Shown here in pieces: positions 46,280 to 58,549 of a stretch of DNA of 64,000 nucleotides. A program made the translations under genes and the position numbers. Each line of letters begins with the position of its first letter. Positions within the stretch are counted from its first letter, which is position 1. A model generated the notes under the pieces. It was given only the letters and a program-made list of their open reading frames with translations, made no database searches and was not told the DNA's origin. This stretch comes from Candidatus Zixiibacteriota bacterium (GTDB lineage: Bacteria; Zixibacteria; MSB-5A5; WJJR01). The stretch spans positions 342 to 64,341 of the forward strand of contig JBFMFQ010000001.1 in assembly GCA_040752075.1 (NCBI GenBank), in the 5' to 3' direction.

Positions 46280-48178
46280 ATGCGACTGCCGGCCGCACTC
46301 CTGCTAGTGGCGATCATCCTATCGCTCCCCGCCGCATCGCGGGCGCAGGATAGCACACTGACGGGCGAGGAATTGTCCCGCTGGGTGCGTCGACGGCCCA
46401 ACATCAGTCGCATTGAGGTGACCGGCAACACCGCTCACAAGTCCGGACGAATCAGAAACGTGATGCAGCTGAAGACGCCCAGCTTCTGGGCGCACTTCGG
46501 ACTTCGGGAACGTCCCCGGCTGCTGCCGCTCACCATGGAGCGCGATGCCGCGACGATCGACCGGGAGTATCGCGCGATCGGCTACTGGGATGCCGTTACC
46601 AAAGTGACCGCCAGGCCGGATAAGGATGGCGAATCGGCGGTGGTCTCGGTCGCGATCACCGAAGGTGCGCGATCTCACTGGGGCGCGATAACGATGACGG
46701 GCGACCACGGGGAACTGCTCTCGCGCACTTCGCGCTTTGCCGGGCCGTTGGGAAGGGGGAAGCCCGCCGATTCGATGGCATTCGCACTCGCCCACGCGAG
46801 AATGCTCGCCGAGTGCGCCAATCAAGCACATCCCGCCGCCCGGGTACTGCCGACAATTAGCCGTCGGCAAGATTCCATCGACGTTCATTTCGAACTGAAA
46901 AGCGGCCCGCGGGTGGTCCTGGGAGAAGTCCACATGGAGGGACTCGAACACACCCGGGAAAGTGTGGTCCGGCATGAACTGCGTCTTCAGCCAGGACAGC
47001 CCTACTCCCGCCGCCAGCTGGATGAACGCCAGCAGGACATTTACGCCACCGGTTTGTTCACCTTTGTCCGTCTGGAGCCGCGCTACGCGGACTCCGCCGC
47101 CGGCCAAAGCGAGCGTGTCGCCGATCTGAACTTGCGGCTTGTTGAACGGGCGCCGTCGTTCATCGGATTCCGCACCGGCGCCGGGCAGGATGACTATCGC
47201 GATCTGACGTTTGATTATGCGCTGGAGTGGGGAAGCCGTAACTGGATGGGAACAGCGCGCAAGTACACGCTGACGGCGACCTCGAGTTTTGTCGTGGTCA
47301 CCGAATGGCGTGTTTTGCATCACCGCTTCTCCGGCAGCTACACGGAGCCTTATATCTTCGGTCTCCGCCTTCCCACCACGCTCGAACTGGCGTACGAGCC
47401 GCCGCTGCGATCCGCCACCCAGGATTACCGTGTCGAGCGGATGTCGGGACAGTTGAGTGTAACCCGCCGGTTCCGGCGGGTCCACCGGCTCTGGTCTTCG
47501 CTGGTCTACGAGCGGGTGAATATCAGCGACGTGCCCGAGGATCGCCGGGAGGACATCCTCGAAGAAGAGGGCAACACGATCAACCGTCGGTGGAACTTCG
47601 CGCTGGAGCGCGACACACGGCCCAACCTGTTTGTTCCGACCGCCGGCGCCCTGACCCGGTTCTCCACCGAGTTTGTCGGGGGATTCCTGGGTGGACGGAG
47701 CGACTTCTACAAGCTCGACTTCTCCTGGGCGAAGTATCAGATCATCAGCGATCCCACGGTGCTGGCCAGCCGCATCCGTGTCGGCTGGGCGGGCGTCCAT
47801 TCGGGAGGCGATTTCGTCCCTTCGCTCGACCGGTTCTACCTCGGCGGTGCGAACTCGATCCGCGGGTACTCGGAGAACACCGTCGGCCCGGTGGATTCCC
47901 TCGGTGTGGCCGTGGGCGGCGAGGTCATCGCCCTGTTCAACCTGGAGTTGCGCACCCCGGTGAGCCGAAAATTCTGGTTTACGATCTTCGGCGACTTGGG
48001 CAACAACTGGGCCAGTTTTCATGACATCGAACTCGAGGAAACATTGCTGTCGATCGGAATCGGCTGGCAGTACATCGCGCCGGTCGGCCCGCTCCGCCTG
48101 GACTATGCACGGCGGGTGCTCCACAAGCGGCATCCCCCCTCCGATCGACTGCATCTTTCCATTCTCTTTTCATTCTAG
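46280..48178 (+). CDS. tamA: Omp85-family outer-membrane assembly protein (TamA-like, about 3 POTRA)
   Basis: Signal peptide. POTRA-like repeats. C-terminal surface-antigen barrel ending LSILFSF (terminal Phe). Start ATG 46280, GTG 46277 or TTG 46271, overlapping the tamB stop. Confidence 0.7.
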   Translation: MRLPAALLLVAIILSLPAASRAQDSTLTGEELSRWVRRRPNISRIEVTGNTAHKSGRIRNVMQLKTPSFWAHFGLRERPRLLPLTMERDAATIDREYRAIGYWDAVTKVTARPDKDGESAVVSVAITEGARSHWGAITMTGDHGELLSRTSRFAGPLGRGKPADSMAFALAHARMLAECANQAHPAARVLPTISRRQDSIDVHFELKSGPRVVLGEVHMEGLEHTRESVVRHELRLQPGQPYSRRQLDERQQDIYATGLFTFVRLEPRYADSAAGQSERVADLNLRLVERAPSFIGFRTGAGQDDYRDLTFDYALEWGSRNWMGTARKYTLTATSSFVVVTEWRVLHHRFSGSYTEPYIFGLRLPTTLELAYEPPLRSATQDYRVERMSGQLSVTRRFRRVHRLWSSLVYERVNISDVPEDRREDILEEEGNTINRRWNFALERDTRPNLFVPTAGALTRFSTEFVGGFLGGRSDFYKLDFSWAKYQIISDPTVLASRIRVGWAGVHSGGDFVPSLDRFYLGGANSIRGYSENTVGPVDSLGVAVGGEVIALFNLELRTPVSRKFWFTIFGDLGNNWASFHDIELEETLLSIGIGWQYIAPVGPLRLDYARRVLHKRHPPSDRLHLSILFSF

Positions 48179-48245
48179 ATGTCCGGACAACGATTGTGCA
48201 TCCGCCCCCGTATTCCATCCTGAGCCGGGGGGAGACCAATTGCCG

Positions 48246-49019
48246 ATGAATGACCGACCTGCCATCCTCATGACGTTGCGGGGTGAACCGCCCGTGGAAA
48301 CGCCGCGCGAGCCATCCTCCTTCGAGTACGAGTGGTGCCCAAGCCCGTTCGCCGCCGCCATAGTCCGGGCCGGCGGAATTCCTGTTTTCCTCTCCAATGA
48401 GTGCCCGGCCGATTGGGTGTCCGAGGCGCTCGCGCGCTGTGATGGGCTCTTCCTGACCGGGGGGGAGGATGTGGCCCCCGAGCACTTCGGGGAGACCGAC
48501 TCGGTCGGCAATCTGATGCTTAACCCGAAGCGCGATGCCGTGGAATTGGCGGCAATCGCCGCGGCCGACCGGATGGCGATGCCGATCCTCGGGGTCTGCC
48601 GCGGGGTGCAGGTGCTTAACATCGCACGGGGCGGCACGGTGTACCAGGACCTCAATCAGCAGTTTGACCGCGCCCCGCGCGACCACTCCCGTGGCGGCAA
48701 GGGGCCCCGGGTGCAGTCACATGATGTCGAGCTGACGCCGGGGTGCCGGCTTCAAGACGTGCTGGGCCGTGCGCGTTTCGCCGCTGCCACCAGTCATCAT
48801 CAGGCCATCCGCGACGTCGGGCGGGATCTCGTCGTGGTCGCCCACTCGCCCGAGGACGGCGTCATCGAAGCGGTGGAGGGACCCGGTGACCGCTTTGTGG
48901 TCGGCGTACAGTGGCATCCCGAAGTGACCGCCCATGACGAAACCACCCTGCGGCTGTTTAGCGAATTCATCAGTGCGTGCCGCTCCTTTGCCGTCACGCG
49001 TTGCACGGGAGCTGCCTGA
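48246..49019 (+). CDS. Class I glutamine amidotransferase-like peptidase C26 (PuuD/gamma-glutamyl hydrolase-like)
   Basis: GVCRGVQVLN (nucleophile Cys) and GVQWHPE (His-Glu) motifs. Confidence 0.7.
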   Translation: MNDRPAILMTLRGEPPVETPREPSSFEYEWCPSPFAAAIVRAGGIPVFLSNECPADWVSEALARCDGLFLTGGEDVAPEHFGETDSVGNLMLNPKRDAVELAAIAAADRMAMPILGVCRGVQVLNIARGGTVYQDLNQQFDRAPRDHSRGGKGPRVQSHDVELTPGCRLQDVLGRARFAAATSHHQAIRDVGRDLVVVAHSPEDGVIEAVEGPGDRFVVGVQWHPEVTAHDETTLRLFSEFISACRSFAVTRCTGAA

Positions 49020-49040
49020 CATCTCCTTACAGACTATTCG

Positions 49041-50213
49041 ATGGTGACCCCGATGCGCACGATCTATTGCGATTACAACAGCACGACCGCCACCGACCCT
49101 CGTGTCATTGAGGCGATGAACGCGGCGCTGGCGGTAGGCGGCGCCAACCCGTCATCGGCGCATTCACTGGGGCGCCGGGCGCGTGTCATTCTCGATGAAG
49201 CCCGGCAGAACATCGCCTCCCTGATCGGTGCGAAAGCCTCCGAGATCATCCTGACCGGAGGGGGCAGTGAAGCCGATAATCTGGCGATCCTTGGGAGCCT
49301 GTACTCCGCCGATGCCCATGGTAAACACTGCGTGACCGTCGCCACCGAGCACCATGCCGTCTTGGCGTCGGTCGAATGGGCGAAGCGCAATGGATTCGAT
49401 GTGACGGTTCTCCCGGTCGACGGCCAGGGGCACGTGGACATGGGCCGATTCCAGGACTCTTTGCGGCCCGATACACAGATCGTCTCCGTCATGCTGGCGA
49501 ATAACGAAGTCGGAACGCTGCATCCGATCTCCGAGTTGGCCGCCATCGCCCGCGATCGCGGCATCTGGTTTCACACCGACGCGGTGCAAGCATACGGAAA
49601 GGTCCCGGTGCATGTGGCGCAGCTGGGGGTCGACATGCTCTCTTTGGCCGCGCACAAATTCTACGGTCCGAAGGGGGTCGGAGTGTTGTACGCGCGCGGT
49701 GGGATTCGCCTGGCCCCGGTGGTGCATGGCGGAGGGCAGGAACTTGGACGGCGTGCGGGCACCGAGAACATCGCGGGCGCGGCGGGCACCGCCAGGGCGA
49801 TGAGCCTCTGCGCCGACGATCCCGGCGAAGTTCCGCGCATCAAGGGTGTGACGGATGACTTCCGCCGGCGGCTGGCGGCGCAGGTCGGCGACATTCAGAT
49901 CTTCGGCGATCCTCGAAACAGTCTTCCCAACACCGTGGGTGTCGGGTTCGCCGGGGTTGATGGCGGCACTCTGATGATGGCCCTGGATCTGAGGGGGATA
50001 TGCGTATCCACCGGTTCGGCGTGCGCGACCGGTGCTTCCCACCCCTCGCACGTACTGGAAGCCATGGGAATCGACCGCCGATATCTCGGGGGCACAATCC
50101 GATTTTCATTCGGCCGGGGGAGTCTCCCGGAAGACGCTGCCGTGATCGCGGATGCCGTGGCCGAAGAAGTCGTCAGGCTGCGCGCCATGACGCCGGCCGC
50201 CGCGCACCATTGA
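49041..50213 (+). CDS. iscS: Cysteine desulfurase
   Basis: SAHKFYGPKG (PLP Lys) and STGSACA (persulfide Cys) motifs. Alternative ATG at 49053. Confidence 0.85.
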   Translation: MVTPMRTIYCDYNSTTATDPRVIEAMNAALAVGGANPSSAHSLGRRARVILDEARQNIASLIGAKASEIILTGGGSEADNLAILGSLYSADAHGKHCVTVATEHHAVLASVEWAKRNGFDVTVLPVDGQGHVDMGRFQDSLRPDTQIVSVMLANNEVGTLHPISELAAIARDRGIWFHTDAVQAYGKVPVHVAQLGVDMLSLAAHKFYGPKGVGVLYARGGIRLAPVVHGGGQELGRRAGTENIAGAAGTARAMSLCADDPGEVPRIKGVTDDFRRRLAAQVGDIQIFGDPRNSLPNTVGVGFAGVDGGTLMMALDLRGICVSTGSACATGASHPSHVLEAMGIDRRYLGGTIRFSFGRGSLPEDAAVIADAVAEEVVRLRAMTPAAAHH

Positions 50214-50216
50214 ATC

Positions 50217-51347
50217 ATGAATGATCTCACACCCCAGAAGTGCCGCGCCCTTGTCGGCGACCAGTGGGCCGGTCGACGAGTCGCTGTGGCCATGTCCGGC
50301 GGCGTCGATTCGTCCGTCGCGGCCGTCATCCTGAAGCGCGCCGGATGCGATGTCATCGGCTTCACGATGAAATTGTGGAACTACGCCGATGTCGGCGGGG
50401 ACAGCGCCCGCGACGGGCGTTGTTGCACCATCGAAATGTTCAACAATTGCCGCATGGTTGCCGGCGCCCATGGATTCCCGCACTACACCCTCGACTTGAC
50501 CGGCCGGTTTGAACAGGATGTCATCGGGTACTTTGTGGAAGAGTACCGGCAAGGACGCACCCCGAATCCGTGCATTGTCTGCAACTCGCGGGTGAAATGG
50601 CCGGCCCTCTGGGAACGGGTGGCGCCGCTGGGCTGCGAGGCCATCGCCACCGGTCATTACGCGATACTCGATTCGGACGTCGATGGGACCGTCCGTCTGC
50701 ATCGCGCCGTCGATCCCGATCGCGACCAGACCTACTTTCTCTGGCAGGTGCCGAATGAGTTTCTAAGGCGCACCATCTTCCCGCTCGGAACACTTCACAA
50801 GTCGGATGTTCGCGCGCTGGCGGCGGCATGGAATCTGCCCAACGCGGTCACTCCCGAAAGCCGCGACATCTGCTTTGTCGCCGACGGAAACATCAACCGG
50901 TTCATGGCCGACCGGGGTTGCCCGACCACGCCGGGACTGGTCGTCGATCAGTCGGGGCGCGAACTCGGCCGGCATGCGGGATTCGAATCTCTGACGATCG
51001 GCCAGCGGAAGGGACTCGGGATTGCCTTCGGACGCCCGCAGTATGTCACCCGGATCGATCCGAAGGATGGGACCGTGGTGATCGGCGACGATGCCGACCT
51101 CTACCATTCCAAGTGCCGGATTCGTGACGCGAACTGGCTTGTCCCCATGCCGGAATCACTGAGCGATGTTTCGGTAAAAATCCGGTACCTTCACGAGGCC
51201 GCACCCGCCACGCTGCTTAGCCTCGCGAACAACACCGCTGTCATTGAATTCGAGTCACCGCAACGCGCCATCACGCCGGGGCAGTCGGCAGTCGCTTACC
51301 AGGGAGACCGGCTCTTGGGCGGTGGAATCATCGATTCCGTCGAATGA
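50217..51347 (+). CDS. mnmA: tRNA-specific 2-thiouridylase
   Basis: PP-loop VAVAMSGGVDSSV. NPCIVCN catalytic Cys. DQTYFL. Confidence 0.85.
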   Translation: MNDLTPQKCRALVGDQWAGRRVAVAMSGGVDSSVAAVILKRAGCDVIGFTMKLWNYADVGGDSARDGRCCTIEMFNNCRMVAGAHGFPHYTLDLTGRFEQDVIGYFVEEYRQGRTPNPCIVCNSRVKWPALWERVAPLGCEAIATGHYAILDSDVDGTVRLHRAVDPDRDQTYFLWQVPNEFLRRTIFPLGTLHKSDVRALAAAWNLPNAVTPESRDICFVADGNINRFMADRGCPTTPGLVVDQSGRELGRHAGFESLTIGQRKGLGIAFGRPQYVTRIDPKDGTVVIGDDADLYHSKCRIRDANWLVPMPESLSDVSVKIRYLHEAAPATLLSLANNTAVIEFESPQRAITPGQSAVAYQGDRLLGGGIIDSVE

Positions 51348-51359
51348 ACTCTGGCCCTT

Positions 51360-51548
51360 CTACGCGAAGGCGCCACCCTCGGTCTCGGCTTCCAGTTTCT
51401 CTGTCTTCAAGGGCTCAAAGGTGTCACCGTGCCAGAGTACCAGGCACCGCGGGCACAAAAGCGCGCCGCCGTTATCGCGTGAATGCTCCAACTTGTTTTT
51501 GCACATCGGGCAACGGCGGCGGGAACGCGGGCGCTTGAAGAAGCTCAT
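51360..51548 (-). CDS. Small zinc-ribbon protein (62 aa)
   Basis: CPMC...CPRC (two CxxC pairs 17 residues apart). Convergent with mnmA. Confidence 0.4.
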   Translation of the reverse strand: MSFFKRPRSRRRCPMCKNKLEHSRDNGGALLCPRCLVLWHGDTFEPLKTEKLEAETEGGAFA

Positions 51549-51566
51549 GACCGGAACTCCTCGGGT

Positions 51567-51896
51567 TCACTGCGAGCGAAACAGCATGACGGCCGTGGTC
51601 ACGGTGACAAGAACCGGGAATGACTTCATGGGCGAGAATCCGGGAAAGAGCATGACCAGCGCGACCGAGATGGCCGCGGAGGGCAGGAGTACCCAACGAA
51701 GGAAATTGAACGTGAGCTTGGCCGCCTTGCCCGCCAGGAGGAGTCCGAACGCGGCCGCGAGAACCCAGAACGCCCACTTGCCCGCCTCGCCGAAGTGCGT
51801 CGCGATGAGATCATTCAGCGCGCCGACCCGTGTGCCCAGGGATTCAACGAATACCTGGACCGACCCGAGGACATAGGCAAGCAGGCCCAGCATCAC
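51567..51896 (-). CDS. Small integral membrane protein (3-4 TM), hypothetical
   Basis: 109 aa, hydrophobic helices. 4-nt overlap with the upstream small ORF. Confidence 0.45.
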   Translation of the reverse strand: MMLGLLAYVLGSVQVFVESLGTRVGALNDLIATHFGEAGKWAFWVLAAAFGLLLAGKAAKLTFNFLRWVLLPSAAISVALVMLFPGFSPMKSFPVLVTVTTAVMLFRSQ

Positions 51897-52156
51897 ACGG
51901 CCTTCGAGGCGCCCGGTGGAGTCTGCGTGGCGCCGGCATCGATGGGTTCAATGGTCAGGGACGACTCGCCGACTTCGGAGAGCCCGTTCATCCGTTCGGT
52001 GAGGAAGTTCCGCGAGGTGATCCACTTCTGCGAAAGGCGCATGATCTCGTCATGGCTGGTGTCGTCTTCCCAATCGACGACCACGCTGTCGAACCGCTCG
52101 CCATGCACCAGGAGATCATCCATCGTCAGTATATAGCGCACCCGCATCGGCCACAC
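51893..52156 (-). CDS. Hypothetical small protein
   Basis: 87-aa ORF (alternative start giving MRVRYILTMDD...). Operonic with the membrane protein. No family recognised. Confidence 0.3.
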   Translation of the reverse strand: MWPMRVRYILTMDDLLVHGERFDSVVVDWEDDTSHDEIMRLSQKWITSRNFLTERMNGLSEVGESSLTIEPIDAGATQTPPGASKAV

Positions 52157-52350
52157 TCCTCCACGGCGGACGTCGTGTCCGCCCCATCTTCCTCTCTGGC
52201 AATGGGGATGCCGAGTTCACGCCTGCGAGCCAGGAAGGGGGAGGTAGCCGTAACATGCAGTCTCGCATGCGATTACGGGCAAGCATGACGGGTTCCATTG
52301 AATGACCGATTGGGCCGTGACCAACGATGCGACTTGGATTGGGGGATGCG

Positions 52351-52370
52351 TCCAACAATGTGTTGTTGGA
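52351..52370. repeat. AT-rich palindrome TCCAACAA-tgtg-TTGTTGGA
   Basis: 8-bp inverted repeat in the intergenic region between the NUDIX gene stop and the small-protein operon. Confidence 0.4.
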
Positions 52371-52404
52371 ATGCCGTGTGCCGCACCGGGTTTCAGCGAC
52401 CTGT

Positions 52405-52977
52405 TTAACGGCCGTGACGGAATAGATGGTGGAGGCGCGCCACCTGCTCATGGAGTCGCGCCCGGTACTGCAGACCGCCTCTCTCCGACCGTCGCATGAT
52501 CAGATCGAAGTCCCGGAATTCGCCCGGGTCCGCCCATCGCGCTTCCCGGATCTCGTGATGGTCGGTTGGTGCGATCAGCCGATCGGGCGTCGATGCAGAG
52601 AACACATGCGTGTGCCACGCAATATCGCCGAGGCGGCTTGTGAAGGCGACGTGTGCGCGAAGCAGGTACCTCTCCAGTCTGACAGTCAAGCCCGTTTCCT
52701 CCAGCCCTTCACGCGCGGCGCCGGTCTCAAGATCTTCATCCGGATCAAGACCGCCGGATGGCGCCCGGTAGAGCCCGGGAGGGTAGAATGGCTTGGCAAT
52801 GACCGCGATCTTTCCATCACCCTCGATGTAGAGCGTGATGTCATGCCGGCGTCCATGACGCTGGCTGTGCGATATGACTTGGTGATCTTCATCGGAGATC
52901 GACTGCACGTCTGTCCACTCCACAGGTGTGCCGTAACGCCCCTCCCAGCCCTTGATGGATGCCGCACTGACAAACAT
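52405..52977 (-). CDS. NUDIX hydrolase
   Basis: Nudix box GGLDPDEDLETGAAREGLEETGL. Confidence 0.75.
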   Translation of the reverse strand: MFVSAASIKGWEGRYGTPVEWTDVQSISDEDHQVISHSQRHGRRHDITLYIEGDGKIAVIAKPFYPPGLYRAPSGGLDPDEDLETGAAREGLEETGLTVRLERYLLRAHVAFTSRLGDIAWHTHVFSASTPDRLIAPTDHHEIREARWADPGEFRDFDLIMRRSERGGLQYRARLHEQVARLHHLFRHGR

Positions 52978-53000
52978 GACGATGCTCCGAAGAGGCCCGA

Positions 53001-53396
53001 TTAGCTGACGGGGAACACAAGCATGGTGAAAATCCCGACGGCCGCCGGCTCGCTCTCACCCTTCTGGATGATCCGAACTTCGGCTACAGCGATCCGGCGT
53101 CCCAGTCGCAGTGTGCGCGCCAGCGCGGTCGTACGGCCCTTCCTGAGGGGGGCAAGGAAGTTCATCTTGAATTCGATCGTCACCACATCCGTCTTCTCGG
53201 GGATGCGGGTCAAGACAGCAAATGTCGCCGCCGTGTCGGCCAGCGATGAAATCGCCCCGCCGTGCACAAGCCCCTGATACTGGTGGAGAGCCGGTTTGGC
53301 CGCCATGCTGATGGTGGCCGTGCCATCCTCGAGCGCATCCAAACGCATCCCGAGGTGGCGAATAAACGGCACGCCGCGAAATCGCGTGGTGAGCAT
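53001..53396 (-). CDS. PaaI-family hotdog-fold thioesterase
   Basis: HGGAISSLADTA motif. About 130 aa. Confidence 0.7.
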   Translation of the reverse strand: MLTTRFRGVPFIRHLGMRLDALEDGTATISMAAKPALHQYQGLVHGGAISSLADTAATFAVLTRIPEKTDVVTIEFKMNFLAPLRKGRTTALARTLRLGRRIAVAEVRIIQKGESEPAAVGIFTMLVFPVS

Positions 53397-53458
53397 TCGA
53401 CGGCGCGAGGGCGAAGGAAATTGCCCGACCCGGCCGCTGGGAAGTCGTTCCTGCGGCA

Positions 53459-54634
53459 TCAGGTCAAAGTCACCAGTTCGGTTTGGATCGGCAGGGTGGT
53501 GACTTCCGCCTGGCCGTTGGTAATGAGGACATCGATCTCAGAACGGATTCCGAACTCCGGCAGATACACCCCGGGCTCGACGGAGAAGCAAACCCCTTCC
53601 CGGAGCCGCCGGTGATCCTGCGTTTCGAGGTTGTCGATGTTGGGCCCGACTCCATGCACGTTCGTTCCAATCGAATGCCCGGTCCGGTGAATGAAATACT
53701 CCCCATATCCCGCGTTTCGAATGACCTCCCGGACCGCATCATCCACCTCGCCGCCACGCACGGGCTTCTTCGATCTGAACCGGTCGTGGAGAAAACTCAC
53801 CGCCCGATCGCGCGCGGAAGTCACCACGTTGAAGACCTCCTCGATCTTGCCGGGCACGGCACTGCCGGTGTAGCCCGTCCAGGTGATGTCGGCATAGACC
53901 GAATCCGGCGTCTTCTCCTTGGCCCAGAGGTCGAGAAGGACAAGTTGATTCGGACCAATCGGGGCGGAGCTGGTTGGCGACGGTTCGTAGTGCGGTTTAC
54001 CGGCGTTCGCGTCGACCGCACAGATCGGCCCTTCATCTGTCGTCATTGACCGCCGCTCGAACTCCGCAAGCACGAACGCGACAACATCGTGCTCCCGGAG
54101 CGATCGCTTCTGTCTTACGGCCTCGCCGATCATTGAGAAGGCAAGATCCTTGATTTCGTTGAGGGCACGGGCGGCTCGCCGGTGACCGGCAATCTGTTCC
54201 GGCGTCCAAACCGCGAGGAAGCTGGCGATCAGGTCGGCGGAGGTGACAATCTCCAGTCCCCATCCCCGGATTTTCTCGATGGTGCCGGCATCGGTCAAGG
54301 CGACATAGGGAATCCCGTTGTCGGGTGAGTACTCCATGGCAATCCGTCGCGCCCCGCCGAGCGCGGTCTTCAACACCGAATCCAGTTCGCGCCATCCAAG
54401 GTAGGGGTGGTGGACTGCGTCGAATCCCTCGAAAGGCTGACTCTCAATCCGGTGATATATAATGTGGCAGGCGCCTGCCTTGGGAACAAACAGGCACCAG
54501 CGACGGGTGACCATCCCACGGACGCCGGTGACATCGCGCGCAATCGCATTCAAGCCGTGAAAATCGAAGAGCAACCAGCCGTCGAGACCTTCCTCGACCA
54601 AAGCCGCCTGGATCTTTCCCACCGGAACCCGCAT
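53459..54634 (-). CDS. M24-family Xaa-Pro aminopeptidase / creatinase-fold peptidase
   Basis: Pita-bread fold metal-ligand motifs (HRTGHSIG, FSVEPGVY). Confidence 0.7.
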   Translation of the reverse strand: MRVPVGKIQAALVEEGLDGWLLFDFHGLNAIARDVTGVRGMVTRRWCLFVPKAGACHIIYHRIESQPFEGFDAVHHPYLGWRELDSVLKTALGGARRIAMEYSPDNGIPYVALTDAGTIEKIRGWGLEIVTSADLIASFLAVWTPEQIAGHRRAARALNEIKDLAFSMIGEAVRQKRSLREHDVVAFVLAEFERRSMTTDEGPICAVDANAGKPHYEPSPTSSAPIGPNQLVLLDLWAKEKTPDSVYADITWTGYTGSAVPGKIEEVFNVVTSARDRAVSFLHDRFRSKKPVRGGEVDDAVREVIRNAGYGEYFIHRTGHSIGTNVHGVGPNIDNLETQDHRRLREGVCFSVEPGVYLPEFGIRSEIDVLITNGQAEVTTLPIQTELVTLT

Positions 54635-54813
54635 GATCGATGACCTCACCTTTGTCTGTTCAATCTCCCGTGACAAAAAAGCGCGACCATTCCTCCGGAA
54701 CAAGTGATATGCCCCTGAATTTCGACTCCGCGCCTGATTTCTGATTGACAGTTTTCGCCACCGCCGATATCATCGACCACGAGCGGTGAAACGCACCGTT
54801 CGGGGTTCCCTCC

Positions 54814-55107
54814 ATGCCGATCTCACGCGATGACGTGGCCCATGTGGCCCGTCTGGCCAAATTGGAATTGACCGAAGCCGAAATGGAACAATTCGGCCGG
54901 GAACTGGCCGCGATCACGGGGTATGTTGCGCAGTTGACGGAAGCGGCTTTGTCAGGCGGTGATGCCCCGCCGGTTCTGCCATTGATCGCCGAAGCGGTCG
55001 CGCTGCGCGAAGACATCGTGCAACCCTCCTTCAATGCGGAGTCCGCCGTGGGGCAGGCGCCGGCCCAGGCGGGCCACTTCTTCCGGGTACCCAAAGTCAT
55101 CGGGTAG
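54814..55107 (+). CDS. gatC: Asp/Glu-tRNA amidotransferase subunit C
   Basis: DVAHVARLAKLELTEAE, the typical GatC N-terminus. 97 aa. Confidence 0.8.
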   Translation: MPISRDDVAHVARLAKLELTEAEMEQFGRELAAITGYVAQLTEAALSGGDAPPVLPLIAEAVALREDIVQPSFNAESAVGQAPAQAGHFFRVPKVIG

Positions 55108-55176
55108 CGAATTGATGGACAATCGAGGCGCTCAGGAGGGCCGGGATGATGGAAGTCGCACCGGCGCCCCCGGCGG

Positions 55177-57596
<2,420 letters not shown>

Positions 57597-57691
57597 AGTG
57601 GGCACACGGCGGCTGATTTGTCGCGCTTCCTCAATCGCCGCTGTTGCCCTATATTCCTGCGGTCAGGGTGGAAGGATGGCGGGGCTGGACG

Positions 57692-58549
57692 ATGGCGACT
57701 TCTCACCAGGTAAGTGCATTCCCCATCGGGTCTCACACCGTCGGCGCGGGCCGGCTGGTGTGGATTCTGGGCCCCTGCGTGCTCGAAAGTATGGACATGG
57801 CGCTTCAGGTGGCCGATGTCCTGGCGAAGGCCGGAGAACGTCAAGGTCATCAGATCGTGTTCAAGGGCTCGTACACCAAAGCGAATCGCCTGCGTGCCGA
57901 CTCCTACACCGGCCCGGGGATCGAAGAGGGCCTGCGAATCCTCGAATCAGTTAAGCGCCAAACCGGCCTGCCCGTGACAACCGATGTGCACACCACCGCG
58001 GAAGCGGAGATGGCCGGCGCCGTCGCCGACTTGATCCAGATCCCGGCGTTTCTGTGCCGCCAAACGGATCTCGTTGTCGCGGCTGCCAATACGGGAAGGC
58101 CGGTGAACATCAAGAAGGGCCAGTTCCTGTCGCCGGCGGACATGGGGCACATCGCGGACAAAGTGGTCCGAACAGGCAACCGCAAAGTCTTGCTGACGGA
58201 GCGGGGCACAACCTACGGCTACGGCGATTTGATTGTCGATTTCCGTTCCCTGCCGATCATGCGATCCACCGGACACCCGGTCTGCTACGATGCCTCGCAC
58301 GCGGTCCAGACACCGGGTTCCGGAGGCGGGCACTCGGGGGGAAAGCGCGAGTTCCTGCTCCCGCTTTTGAGAGGCGCCCTGGCCGTGGGGGTGGATGCCA
58401 TCTTCTGCGAGATCCACCCCGATCCATCCTCGGCAAAAAGCGACGCCCAGACACAGTGGCCGCTGGCAGACGCACAGGCTCTCTTTGATTCCGCCGAGCG
58501 CGTGCTTGGCCGTACCGAAGTAAATGGAGAGGCCGCGCATGCCGGCTAA
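57692..58549 (+). CDS. kdsA: 2-dehydro-3-deoxyphosphooctonate aldolase (KDO8P synthase)
   Basis: GPCVLES, FKGSYTKANR, IPAFLCRQTDL motifs. Confidence 0.85.
   Translation: MATSHQVSAFPIGSHTVGAGRLVWILGPCVLESMDMALQVADVLAKAGERQGHQIVFKGSYTKANRLRADSYTGPGIEEGLRILESVKRQTGLPVTTDVHTTAEAEMAGAVADLIQIPAFLCRQTDLVVAAANTGRPVNIKKGQFLSPADMGHIADKVVRTGNRKVLLTERGTTYGYGDLIVDFRSLPIMRSTGHPVCYDASHAVQTPGSGGGHSGGKREFLLPLLRGALAVGVDAIFCEIHPDPSSAKSDAQTQWPLADAQALFDSAERVLGRTEVNGEAAHAG

Noticed and set aside
57597-57691. TATATT hexamer (57648-57653) between pyrG and kdsA as internal promoter.
   Set aside because: No acceptable -35 (best TTCCTC, 3 of 6) and the genes are otherwise tightly coupled. Left unannotated.
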